Shown here: in pieces, positions 9,945-18,777 of the stretch | How the letters are laid out: each line of letters starts with the position of its first letter | How positions within the stretch are numbered: position 1 is the first letter of the stretch | Source: Bdellovibrionales bacterium | GTDB taxonomy: Bacteria > Bdellovibrionota > Bdellovibrionia > Bdellovibrionales > JAGQZY01 | Reading direction: 5' to 3' | DNA: 64,000 bases | Assembly (NCBI GenBank): GCA_031426555.1 | Contig: JANPLN010000064.1 | Span: forward strand, 24,931-88,930 | Notes under the pieces: generated by a model | The model's input: the letters and a program-made list of their open reading frames with translations, nothing else | Database searches by the model: none | Told to the model about the DNA's origin: nothing | Translations under genes and position numbers: made by a program

Positions 9945-11782
9945 ATCAAGCGCCCAAAGTCTTTTTCGATTTTGGTAAAAGGGATTTCGATATACACGTT
10001 ACGTCCATGCGGACAGTAGCTGGACAGTCGGTATTCGTCCATTTGCACAAGCAAACTCTTCATTTCTTCAAGCGACATGGCGTGCCCCGCACGAACCACA
10101 GAGTGGCACGCCATAGTGGCAAAAACATCTCCTACTTTTTTTTCAAAAGAGAAGCTTCCACCCAACGCTATAATTTCGTCGGCAAATTGGCTCAAAGACT
10201 TTACCAAGGCGGTTTCGGCAATAAAACTGGGCGACGATAATATCAATAATGTTTCGGGACCCGCTTTTTCAAGCTCTACACCCAGCTGTGAAAACTCAGT
10301 GTGAAGCGCGAGCATTTGATCCACAGATTCAGCTGGCAATTGAATCGACAGAGGCAATAGAAAATCTTGGATATCAAATTTTTTGTTTTTCCAATTTTCC
10401 ATCAAACGCTCAAACACAACGCGTTCGTGAGCCGCATGTTGATCGATCATAAAGAATGAATTTTCGGCTTCAGCAATAACATATGTTAAGTGGGACTGGC
10501 CAATAACATGGAGCTTTGACCAAAAATTCAACTCCGGCTCTTTTTGCATGGAAGCTGCAGAAAAAGAAATGCTCGAGGCTTCCGCTGAAAAACTTCCTGG
10601 TTCACTCGGCTGACGAATTTCAGCCGCTTTTCTGAGAGCGTCCATAGAAAATTCTTTTTGTTGATATTGAGTTTTTAAAAAATCAGGCGATGAAAAGCTC
10701 AAGGATCTTAGCTGCGTCGGCATTTCCACTTTTGCTGTCGAAGTTGTATCCACTGAGATAAAATCTCGCATCAAGGGCTGCTGTTTCTGATTGAGTGTCG
10801 CAATCCAAGGCGCCAGTTCCAGTTCACCGCGCAGTGAGGCGTGCACAAAACGAAAGATTTGCGATGAATCAACAAACTTAACCTGGGACTTCGTCGGATG
10901 AATATTTACATCCACGGTTTCTTCGGGAACATGTAATTTTAAAACAACAAAAGGGTATTCTCCGTGCATGAGTAAACTGCGGTAAGACTCTAAAATGGCT
11001 GCTTGGATCGTTCGATCTGTCACCCAGCGGTTCTGCACAAAAATCCACAGCTGCTTGCTGTTGCCTGTCGTCGTTTGCGGGCTGGAGTAAACGGCTTCGA
11101 GTTGATAGCCTTGGTAATTTTTTTGGACAATAAATACGTCTTTGATTTCTAAAACACTTTTTGAGCGCGCTAAAAAATCTTGCGCCACTGGATAAAACAA
11201 CAAAACTTTCCCATGTTGTTTTAATTTGAATTCCACATCGCAATTGGCAAGGGCCATGGCTTTAAACACAGATTTAATTTGTGTGAATTCTGCAGAGTCG
11301 GATTTTAAAAATTTAAGTCGTGCCGGAACGTTTGAAAAAAGATCTTCAATCTCCACCGTTGTTCCGGGCTCTCGCCCCGCTGGCACTGGAGGAGTGTCTT
11401 TGCCAAACTGGTTTTCAAGCACATATGCTTTATCGGAATCTTTTTTTCGCGAGGTAATTTTAACTCGGCTCACCGAGGAAATGCTCGCCAAGGCCTCTCC
11501 GCGAAAGCCAAAGGTGCGAAGCTTCCATAAATCGTCGGCCTGCGAAATTTTACTCGTCGCATGACGTGCGCAAACTAAGGGGAGATCCTCGGGGCCAATG
11601 CCCTTGCCATTATCAAAAACCTTGATGGATTTGCCACCGTTTGTAACGTCCACCTCGATCTGCGTGGCTCCGGCATCAATGCAATTTTCAATGAGTTCTT
11701 TTAAAAGATGGGCTGGACGCTCCACCACTTCCCCGGCGGCAATCTGATCCACAACATCTGACGAGAGGACTTTGATTTCCAT
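9941..11782 (-). CDS. mutL: DNA mismatch repair protein MutL
   Basis: MEIKVLSSDVVDQIAAGEVVERPAHLLKELIENCIDAGAT (GHKL ATPase). Start taken at the internal ATG 11782; the ORF track extends to 11821. Confidence 0.9.
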   Translation of the reverse strand: MEIKVLSSDVVDQIAAGEVVERPAHLLKELIENCIDAGATQIEVDVTNGGKSIKVFDNGKGIGPEDLPLVCARHATSKISQADDLWKLRTFGFRGEALASISSVSRVKITSRKKDSDKAYVLENQFGKDTPPVPAGREPGTTVEIEDLFSNVPARLKFLKSDSAEFTQIKSVFKAMALANCDVEFKLKQHGKVLLFYPVAQDFLARSKSVLEIKDVFIVQKNYQGYQLEAVYSSPQTTTGNSKQLWIFVQNRWVTDRTIQAAILESYRSLLMHGEYPFVVLKLHVPEETVDVNIHPTKSQVKFVDSSQIFRFVHASLRGELELAPWIATLNQKQQPLMRDFISVDTTSTAKVEMPTQLRSLSFSSPDFLKTQYQQKEFSMDALRKAAEIRQPSEPGSFSAEASSISFSAASMQKEPELNFWSKLHVIGQSHLTYVIAEAENSFFMIDQHAAHERVVFERLMENWKNKKFDIQDFLLPLSIQLPAESVDQMLALHTEFSQLGVELEKAGPETLLILSSPSFIAETALVKSLSQFADEIIALGGSFSFEKKVGDVFATMACHSVVRAGHAMSLEEMKSLLVQMDEYRLSSYCPHGRNVYIEIPFTKIEKDFGRLM

Positions 11783-11868
11783 GGAGAAGGTATATCTCAA
11801 CCTCAGCGAAAGGGAAGCCAACAGATGCGAAGTCTCCTGGCAATGGGCCCTTAATGCTTCGCGCTACG

Positions 11869-12378
11869 TTAGAAAAACACCGAAAGACCGTATCCGACGA
11901 AGAGCCCGCCCTTCTCGTAGGCTGTCTGGTTGGGGTTCCATTCGTACTGAACCCGTGGGCCAGCGGCAATGGTTTCGTCAAAGAAAAAATTATACCCTAA
12001 AGTGGTGCGTGTATTGATAAAGCTTTTGTCGTAGCTGTCTCGCCGATCGGTGTCCCAAGTTACCGACTGCGATAAATAAAATGCAGAGTTTGCTAAAGTG
12101 TAGAAGTAATAAGTTCCGACAACGCCAAATGAATTGTTATCTATGCCTCTAAAAAAGTCTGTCGCAGCCGTGACTCCCAGGGAAAATCGATCCACTACAA
12201 AATACTGAAGATCCGCTTCTAAACGAATGGCGCCGCCTCGATGTTCATTGTATCCAAGCGAGGTGCTCACGCCTAAATTCCATCGCCCTTGTTGTAACGG
12301 CAGCGTAGAAGTTGCGATGTCTTCGGCTTTAACACTCGATGCATTTAACACTAGGAAACAAAAAACAATCACTCTCAT
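11869..12378 (-). CDS. Small outer-membrane beta-barrel protein
   Basis: Signal peptide MRVIVFCFLVLNASSVKA, alternating beta-strand pattern, C-terminal ..GYGLSVFF. Confidence 0.45.
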   Translation of the reverse strand: MRVIVFCFLVLNASSVKAEDIATSTLPLQQGRWNLGVSTSLGYNEHRGGAIRLEADLQYFVVDRFSLGVTAATDFFRGIDNNSFGVVGTYYFYTLANSAFYLSQSVTWDTDRRDSYDKSFINTRTTLGYNFFFDETIAAGPRVQYEWNPNQTAYEKGGLFVGYGLSVFF

Positions 12379-12427
12379 AGGCCCTCCGCCCAAGAAGAAC
12401 TCTACGAGACGAGATCGCTAGAAGGCA

Positions 12428-13819
12428 CTAAGCTCTCGACCCAATGGCTTTTTGTAGCGGCCGAGCGACGATAAAGAAAATGAGGCCCGCTCCCACTCCC
12501 AGCCCACACAGCATCATAAAAAAATCGTCTTTCGGCATTGTTTCGTAAAATGTTCCCAAATAACCAGTGAGATAGTTGCCGAAAAAACTCGACATAAACC
12601 AAAGCCCCATCATCGTACTGAGAATTGGTTTCGGCGATACACTTGTCACCAGGGACAACCCAATCGGAGATAGATAAATCTCTCCAATGGTGAAAATAGA
12701 TGTGGTGGCTACGAGCCAAAGTACGCTTCCTCTTTCATCACCGGGAACCATTTGAGCGGCCAAAATCATAAAAATGTAAGCCAAACCACAAAGGACACAA
12801 CCGATACCCATTTTCGTAACTGATGTGGGCTCTGATTTCTTTCGCGCTTGCCAATTCCACAAAGAGACAAGCAGTGGCGAAAAAATAATGATCATCGCTG
12901 GATTGAAGGATTGAAACCAGGTTGATGGCATCTCCCACCCCGCAACGAACCAATCCGTTTTTTTGTCTGCCCAAAGCTGAAGCGTGTTGCCCTGCTGCTC
13001 GTACACCGCCCAAAAGACAATATTTAAAAAACAAAGGAAGGCTAAGCCAAAGACGGCATTCCATTCCTGTCTGCTCATTTTTTCACGAACTTGAGTTTTA
13101 ATATTCTGCAAAGCCGGCTGAGACGCCGGTATTAAACCGCTTCCCAGCCAATAGATAATCATACTTAAAATCATGCCCACGCCAGCTGCACCAAATCCCC
13201 AGTGCCATCCCACTTTTTGCCCTAAAGTCCCACAGACAAAAGGCGACAACAAAGCACCCGAATTCACACCCATGTAATAGATGGCAAAGGCCCCATCCAA
13301 GCGACTGTCATTTTCTTTGTAGAGGGATCCGACCTGTGTCGATAAATTTGGTTTAAAAAATCCGTAGCCAAAGATGATAAAAACGAGAGCACCTAAAAAA
13401 GCAGATTCGCTCGCCATTAAAAAATGGCCGATGGCCATTAAAGTTCCACCCAAAAAGACAGAACGATATTTTCCCAAATAACGATCGGCGATGAGGCCGC
13501 CGAAGAAGGGGGTAAAATAAACGAAGCCTGTATAAAGACCGTAGAGCTGCGAACTCATTTGCTGAGCCGTCATTGCGCCGAAAACAGAAACCAGGCCTGC
13601 TTCCAGAGTTTTGTAACCAAACACGGCGGCGGCTCGCTCCGGATCGGTGAGAAGATAATCTGTCATATACAGAATTAGGAGCGAGCGCATTCCGTAATAC
13701 GAAAACCGCTCCCACATTTCAGTGAGGAATAACACATATAAACCAGATGGATGTCCCCAAAACTCACGCCCGTTAAATTTTGTTTTTATGTTTTGTCGCA
13801 TCACATATCTCGCTTTCAA
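12428..13819 (-). CDS. POT/PTR2-family di-/tripeptide:proton symporter
   Basis: GHPSGLYVLFLTEMWERFSYYGMRSLLILYM (PTR2 signature), followed by 12+ TM helices. Confidence 0.85.
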   Translation of the reverse strand: MKARYVMRQNIKTKFNGREFWGHPSGLYVLFLTEMWERFSYYGMRSLLILYMTDYLLTDPERAAAVFGYKTLEAGLVSVFGAMTAQQMSSQLYGLYTGFVYFTPFFGGLIADRYLGKYRSVFLGGTLMAIGHFLMASESAFLGALVFIIFGYGFFKPNLSTQVGSLYKENDSRLDGAFAIYYMGVNSGALLSPFVCGTLGQKVGWHWGFGAAGVGMILSMIIYWLGSGLIPASQPALQNIKTQVREKMSRQEWNAVFGLAFLCFLNIVFWAVYEQQGNTLQLWADKKTDWFVAGWEMPSTWFQSFNPAMIIIFSPLLVSLWNWQARKKSEPTSVTKMGIGCVLCGLAYIFMILAAQMVPGDERGSVLWLVATTSIFTIGEIYLSPIGLSLVTSVSPKPILSTMMGLWFMSSFFGNYLTGYLGTFYETMPKDDFFMMLCGLGVGAGLIFFIVARPLQKAIGSRA

Positions 13820-13839
13820 TCTGAAAGACGAGGGTTATA

Positions 13840-14241
13840 TTATTGATTCAAGTCTGTCCATTTATAATTTTTAACTTTTTTGATGATCGGCTTAATGTGC
13901 GGTTGGGGTCGCAACAAATAGAGTGGATCTTGTTTGCGCTGTTCGAGGTGAAGTTTAACTTCCGCGGCCGCCCGCTCCGGATTTTGTTTGTAAGTGATCG
14001 GATCAAAGCCACAGCCCTTGCACCTGATGGAGTGGCGCCAGCGAACTTGATAGGTGAGCTCGGTCACCATGACTAGGGCTGCAAATAAAAACAAGCTGGA
14101 CCAGTGGAAGTCCTGCCAGATCAGGTAAGACGCAATGGCTCCTGCGACGGCAAGAGCCAATATTTCAAAAAGATGAATGTGCTTTCGCTTGTACACTTTT
14201 TGTGGAAGCTCACAGAACGAACAAAAAAATCTTTCCTTCAA
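13840..14241 (-). CDS. Hypothetical membrane protein with CxxC pairs
   Basis: 133 aa. CSFC near the N-terminus and CKGC after two TM helices. No family recognised. Confidence 0.35.
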   Translation of the reverse strand: MKERFFCSFCELPQKVYKRKHIHLFEILALAVAGAIASYLIWQDFHWSSLFLFAALVMVTELTYQVRWRHSIRCKGCGFDPITYKQNPERAAAEVKLHLEQRKQDPLYLLRPQPHIKPIIKKVKNYKWTDLNQ

Positions 14242-14320
14242 CTAGACCTCCGGCCCTATTCCTGAGCTGCAGACTGCAAATTCATGGTCCTCATAGGCCT
14301 TTGTTGCTACCATCTAAGAC

Positions 14321-14938
14321 ATGAAATACCTGTCTATGATACTAATCGAACTTTTTGTGTCTGTCTGTTTTGCGGCTGATAAACCCTACGAAAGTTATGA
14401 CGAAATCGTCGACCGGCTCTCGAAATACCGCAACAAACAAGCTGTCCAGCAGATGTCGACGAGTATGCCTAAAGAAAAATTTCATGTCAGCTTCGGACTT
14501 TCTAATTCTTCGACGAAAGTTTCGCAAGAGGGAATCGGCAGCCTTAGTCAAAACGGTTTTGTCTTAGGTTTAGCCCAACCCATCATTTCGCAACAGCTGT
14601 TCTTCGAAGCCTTCGGAAAGTTTTTTCAAAACACCACCGAAAATAACTTTCGCGCCGAACTCCAGCAGTACGAAGTGCGCTTGAGTCACAAAGAGCGACT
14701 GGATTTTGCTGTTCTTAATCTCGGCGTCGGAGCCTCCGCCCGATTTCTTTCAGTTTCGTCTCCCAATATCTCAAACGAATATAAGATGCCCGGCCTTGTG
14801 GTCACGGTAGGATTCGAACGTCGCTTGGCACAAAGCCTCAGCGTCGCCTTCGATACGGCACTCCATCGCGGGCTGCGCGAAAATCCCAACGGAAAAAATA
14901 GCACAGAGTTTGTATTGCGACTTAATTACCATCTATAA
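14321..14938 (+). CDS. Hypothetical secreted protein (possible small beta-barrel)
   Basis: Signal peptide MKYLSMILIELFVSVCFA. No recognised motif. Confidence 0.35.
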   Translation: MKYLSMILIELFVSVCFAADKPYESYDEIVDRLSKYRNKQAVQQMSTSMPKEKFHVSFGLSNSSTKVSQEGIGSLSQNGFVLGLAQPIISQQLFFEAFGKFFQNTTENNFRAELQQYEVRLSHKERLDFAVLNLGVGASARFLSVSSPNISNEYKMPGLVVTVGFERRLAQSLSVAFDTALHRGLRENPNGKNSTEFVLRLNYHL

Positions 14939-14946
14939 GGTGATCA

Positions 14947-15687
14947 ATGGAAAAATACTCGCGTGCTGATTTTGATCGGGATCTTAAAAAGATAAAAAAC
15001 TATCTTCCTGAATATCTTCGAAACCCATTTGAACAAATCAAATCACCGCTGGTTCTTCCGTGGCAAAGTACGACGCTGACTCTCATTGGCATTAATTTAG
15101 TTTTCGGTGTTATCCATGGGATCTATAAAATGGATCTTTTCCAGTGGGTCATCAGTCTTTTAGTCACGCCTCTTTTGGCGGCTGGATTTTTGCTTTTGAT
15201 GACTTTATTTGTGTCTTATCTGGTGCAGTATATGCTCGACATGCAGCACGAGTTTGACTATATCGCCAGTGTGTTGTTCTGGGCCTATATACCGTCTTCT
15301 CTTTTCTTTATGGGTTCGCTGTTCTACCCGCCCATTTATCTGCTGGGACTTTTGATCTTAGCTGTTTTGTGTGTCAAAGGGTTGGTCGAAAATTTTAAAA
15401 TCCCAAAAAACACAGTCGTCACTTTAGTCGTTTTAGGTTTTATGCTGGCTTTGATATTTTGGATTCTCAATGAATTTTACGGGTACCGAGCACCCGTAAA
15501 ACCAAAATCATTAGACGAATTAGAGCAGGAAATCAGTCAAAATATAACTACTGGCGAACGCCACTGCGTAAAAAAGCTTCCCAGTCGGCGCGCAATAAAA
15601 ATCCCATATATCCATGATGAACCCAACCTTGACCCGGTACTTCCACATCCCATGCACAAAACAAATGATGTTTACGTGTGCGGTTAA
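14947..15687 (+). CDS. Polytopic membrane protein (Yip1-like topology)
   Basis: 246 aa with about 5 TM helices after a soluble N-terminus. The last ~46 codons overlap the convergent gene 15548..16435. Confidence 0.4.
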   Translation: MEKYSRADFDRDLKKIKNYLPEYLRNPFEQIKSPLVLPWQSTTLTLIGINLVFGVIHGIYKMDLFQWVISLLVTPLLAAGFLLLMTLFVSYLVQYMLDMQHEFDYIASVLFWAYIPSSLFFMGSLFYPPIYLLGLLILAVLCVKGLVENFKIPKNTVVTLVVLGFMLALIFWILNEFYGYRAPVKPKSLDELEQEISQNITTGERHCVKKLPSRRAIKIPYIHDEPNLDPVLPHPMHKTNDVYVCG

Positions 15688-16435
15688 AATCACGACACGT
15701 AAACTGGTGCGAGTAATTGCCTTCACTCATGAACAAGCGAAACGTTTTTTCGCCCACGCGCTCGATGGACGACGTTGCAAGGCGCTGACCCTGCCAGTTA
15801 TCAAACGACATACCGTCGCGGCCTAACCATACAGACCCTACCGGTGAGTTGGTATTGACGTTGTAAACGCCCATAGGCTGATTGGGGCTCACATGATTCA
15901 CCGACATAAAGAACTCATCACCCACATTACCCAATGGATTTACATAGGTCACAGCGATCCACTCGCCGTTCAGATCTCTGAGTCTGATGTCGTTAAGAGT
16001 AAAATCACTGGGCTCTCTAGGGTTGGCGCCGGCCAGTTGCCCAGAGAAAGTTGCTTTTGCACAGGCGTAGGAGTGAGGGTTGCCGCGCGGATCACACTGA
16101 TCGTAGTTTTCTGGATAAACGCGCGCGTAGCGATTGTCTACATAGGTAGGTTCTTCGTACTGCTGATCATCACCATAATTTCCGTCGTTATAATTTCCGT
16201 CGCCGTAGCTGGGCTCCTGATACTGCTGGCCGCCACCTTGATATCCGTCGTTGTAGTTTCCGTCATTGTATCCGGGCTCCTGATACCGCTGGTCGTCGAC
16301 ATAGTTACCATCTTGAGTGCACCGAGCGAATGTGTCTTTATTTAGGTAAGGATTATCACAGTTTGTCGAACCACCGGCCATGGTATCCGCCGCAAGAACC
16401 GTCATCGCTAAAAATAGAATCCACCAAGTTTTCAT
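15548..16435 (-). CDS. Secreted protein with tandem Y/N/D/G/Q-rich repeats
   Basis: ATG at 16435 preceded by AGGAG. Signal peptide MKTWWILFLAMTVLAADTMA. Repeats QYQEPxYxDGNYNDGNY. The ORF-track N-terminal extension to 16603 is probably not translated. Confidence 0.5.
   Translation of the reverse strand: MKTWWILFLAMTVLAADTMAGGSTNCDNPYLNKDTFARCTQDGNYVDDQRYQEPGYNDGNYNDGYQGGGQQYQEPSYGDGNYNDGNYGDDQQYEEPTYVDNRYARVYPENYDQCDPRGNPHSYACAKATFSGQLAGANPREPSDFTLNDIRLRDLNGEWIAVTYVNPLGNVGDEFFMSVNHVSPNQPMGVYNVNTNSPVGSVWLGRDGMSFDNWQGQRLATSSIERVGEKTFRLFMSEGNYSHQFTCRDFNRTRKHHLFCAWDVEVPGQGWVHHGYMGFLLRADWEAFLRSGVRQ
16149..16300. repeat. About 63-nt imperfect tandem repeat (~2.4 units) inside the CDS
   Basis: Units 16149-16210, 16211-16273 and 16274-16300 share gggctcctgata(c/t)(c/t)gctgg...ccgtcgtt(g/a)ta(g/a)tttccgtc. 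Confidence 0.6.
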
Positions 16436-16633
16436 TATCTCACTCCTTTGTTGTCTGGCCGGAGGGTCTTTAACCCTAGTGTGGCCGATACACGAACCGT
16501 ATATGGTCTTTTTATACATCGCGTTACTTTTGTAAAGGATATCAAAACATAAGGAATTTAATGCAGTTAGGATTGTAATAGTTTCATCCGGCGCCCTAGA
16601 CAAAGGAGATTCTTTCGCTTAGGCTCACGCTCT

Positions 16634-17407
16634 ATGAAGACATTACTCCTGGTACTCATCTCCTGTGGTTTTCCCCTTTCGACTTCTGCGCTGACTCGTC
16701 CTCAACAATCAGAAGTCTCATTACCATTCGCCGCCACTCCTGTGCTCGCCTGTCGGGATTTTGATACAATGAAACAAACTCAGCTCCCGCTCTGTGATTT
16801 TGTGACGACGGACCAGCTCAAGACAAATTTACTGGCCCTTCTGATCACCCAACAAAAGGCCCTTGATTCACTCCTTGCGAATACCACTTTACCCCTTGAG
16901 AAATCGAATTTTTACCACATGTTGAAAGACTATCTCTCCTCTATTGAGCGTTATTCCATTCAAAAAATTGCCGATATTTGTTATCTGAAAGGGCGTTTGA
17001 TTCTACAAACGCCAGGTTTGATTTCGGGCTGTATCTACAACCAATTCGCAAAAATGAAATTCACAATTGGGATTTTACAAAAAGACATTGTTGTTTCAAC
17101 GTTGCACAACGCTTCGAAACCTTCCGAAGAACAAAAGAAATTTGATGTTTTTGTTAACGACTTGTTGTTGGACCTCGCTGAAAAAAACAGAAACTACTAC
17201 CCTAACAATGCCGCTATTAAAACTTTAATGGCTGAAGTACTTAAAATCTACGGTGGTGACGGAAAAAGTCTTTACGCCTCGTTTTTAGGAATCTGTGGTT
17301 TAGAGTCGATCGCAAATGTGTCCACGACACGTGATACAGACTCTGTCTCTGCATGCGAAGCTAGCTACTTAACCGATTTGCGGCAAACTCTGTTTCTAGC
17401 TATTTAG
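16634..17407 (+). CDS. Hypothetical secreted protein
   Basis: Signal peptide MKTLLLVLISCGFPLSTSA. No family recognised. Confidence 0.35.
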   Translation: MKTLLLVLISCGFPLSTSALTRPQQSEVSLPFAATPVLACRDFDTMKQTQLPLCDFVTTDQLKTNLLALLITQQKALDSLLANTTLPLEKSNFYHMLKDYLSSIERYSIQKIADICYLKGRLILQTPGLISGCIYNQFAKMKFTIGILQKDIVVSTLHNASKPSEEQKKFDVFVNDLLLDLAEKNRNYYPNNAAIKTLMAEVLKIYGGDGKSLYASFLGICGLESIANVSTTRDTDSVSACEASYLTDLRQTLFLAI

Positions 17408-17423
17408 TTCGCGCAAACTCCAT

Positions 17424-17738
17424 CTAATTACAAACGGCGTAAACACATCGACCTTCGTAGCCGTCGATCATCAATGTACATTCTTTCTTTGTTTGTTTAT
17501 TAATGATGGTAATTGCATGAACTCCGTAGTCTGTAACTTCTACGGGTGTTGCCGAACCTTGCGCCTTTAAATCTTCAAACAATTCTTTAAAATCATTGAG
17601 ATCTTGTTGATTAAAATATTCACCGCTACAAGCCTCATATTTTTTTAAGTCCTCATCAATGCCATCAATGATTTGATCTGCGTGAGAATAATTAAAAGCA
17701 ATTGCACCCAATATTAAAATCATTATTTTCATAAGCAC
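17424..17738 (-). CDS. Small secreted Cys-containing protein
   Basis: 104 aa. Signal peptide MLMKIMILILGAIAFNYSHA. Confidence 0.35.
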   Translation of the reverse strand: MLMKIMILILGAIAFNYSHADQIIDGIDEDLKKYEACSGEYFNQQDLNDFKELFEDLKAQGSATPVEVTDYGVHAITIINKQTKKECTLMIDGYEGRCVYAVCN

Positions 17739-17869
17739 CTCTTAAATTAATTTTTTTTTAAACCCAAGTTGCACAACGCAAGTACTACTCCGCGCGAATC
17801 ACAGAGTCCATAGTCAAAACTGAAAAATGACTGAATTTGTACAAATTATATTTTTTGATACCTAGGTTT

Positions 17870-18322
17870 TTAGCATTTTTGGCAAAGGCCGCGGATGACG
17901 ACGGAGTCGTTGGTCATTTTGAACTTGGCTTCTTTGTCGAGAAAATCAGCGAGCACCTGCAGGGTTTTTGTTGTTCCCCCCACATCGGTTACATTCCCGC
18001 AGCGTGTGCATATAGCGATAAAATGTTTGTCGTGGCTGCAGGCTTGATGGGTGCAATAAATATATTTGCCGTCGCCCACAGCATGTACGATTTCTAACTC
18101 TTCAAATTTTTCGAGGATTCGGTAAACAGTGACGCGATCGAAATCTTGATCTTTAAATTTTTTCTGCAGGGTGAGAAAAATTTCCGATGGGGAGAGGGAC
18201 TTTTTCGTGCCCTCTAGGAGTTCTAAAATATTCAAACGAGATTGTGTCAATCGCAGTCCGGCTTCGCGCATTTTTTCGAGAACGTTCTCGTTAAATTGAA
18301 ACGGACTAGATTGCTTTTTCAC
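17870..18322 (-). CDS. Fur-family metalloregulator
   Basis: Winged helix (RLTQSRLNILELL...VTVYRILEKFEELEIV) plus HxxCxxH and CxxC metal sites (CTHQACSHDKHFIAICTRCG; C-terminal CQKC). ATGA overlap with dut. Confidence 0.8.
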   Translation of the reverse strand: MKKQSSPFQFNENVLEKMREAGLRLTQSRLNILELLEGTKKSLSPSEIFLTLQKKFKDQDFDRVTVYRILEKFEELEIVHAVGDGKYIYCTHQACSHDKHFIAICTRCGNVTDVGGTTKTLQVLADFLDKEAKFKMTNDSVVIRGLCQKC

Positions 18323-18777
18323 GACGTTACTGCAACACCCGTGCTGCCAAACCCACCGGCGCCACGTTGAGTGTCTGAGAGCTCAGAAACAAGTTCCATT
18401 TGCGCCTGAAGAACCGGGCACAGTACACACTGAGCAATGCGATCTTGATCTTGAATCACAAAGGGCTCTCGTCCGAGGTTGATTAAAATAACTTTTACTT
18501 CGCCCCGGTAGTCGGCATCGATAGTTCCTGGCGTGTTTAGAACAGTCACCGATTTTTTAGCTGCTAAGCCACTGCGCGGACGCACCTGAATTTCGTAACC
18601 CACTGGAATTTCAAAACTCAAACCCGTCGGAACCATGACCGATGCCCCCGGCGCCACAGCCATGGGACTATCTATCTGTGCACGAATATCAAAGCCGCTG
18701 GCTAAAGTGGTTTCGTACTTTGGAAGATCGCCCTTAAAGTGGGCCCATTTTTTTACCTTCATCAAAATTGTAGTCAT
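18319..18777 (-). CDS. dut: dUTP diphosphatase
   Basis: GFDIRA, RPRSGLA, GTIDADYRGEV, RGAGGFGSTG motifs. Start ATG 18777 has GGAGG upstream and an ATGA overlap with the M16 peptidase stop. Confidence 0.9.
   Translation of the reverse strand: MTTILMKVKKWAHFKGDLPKYETTLASGFDIRAQIDSPMAVAPGASVMVPTGLSFEIPVGYEIQVRPRSGLAAKKSVTVLNTPGTIDADYRGEVKVILINLGREPFVIQDQDRIAQCVLCPVLQAQMELVSELSDTQRGAGGFGSTGVAVTS

Noticed and set aside
16436-16603. N-terminal extensions in the ORF track: 16436-16603, 39215-39361, 31270-31332, 59360-59515, 38615-38653, 11783-11821, 28723-28749.
   Set aside because: In each case an internal ATG with an SD-like sequence yields a proper signal peptide or the conserved family N-terminus. 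The extensions overlap upstream genes or terminators.
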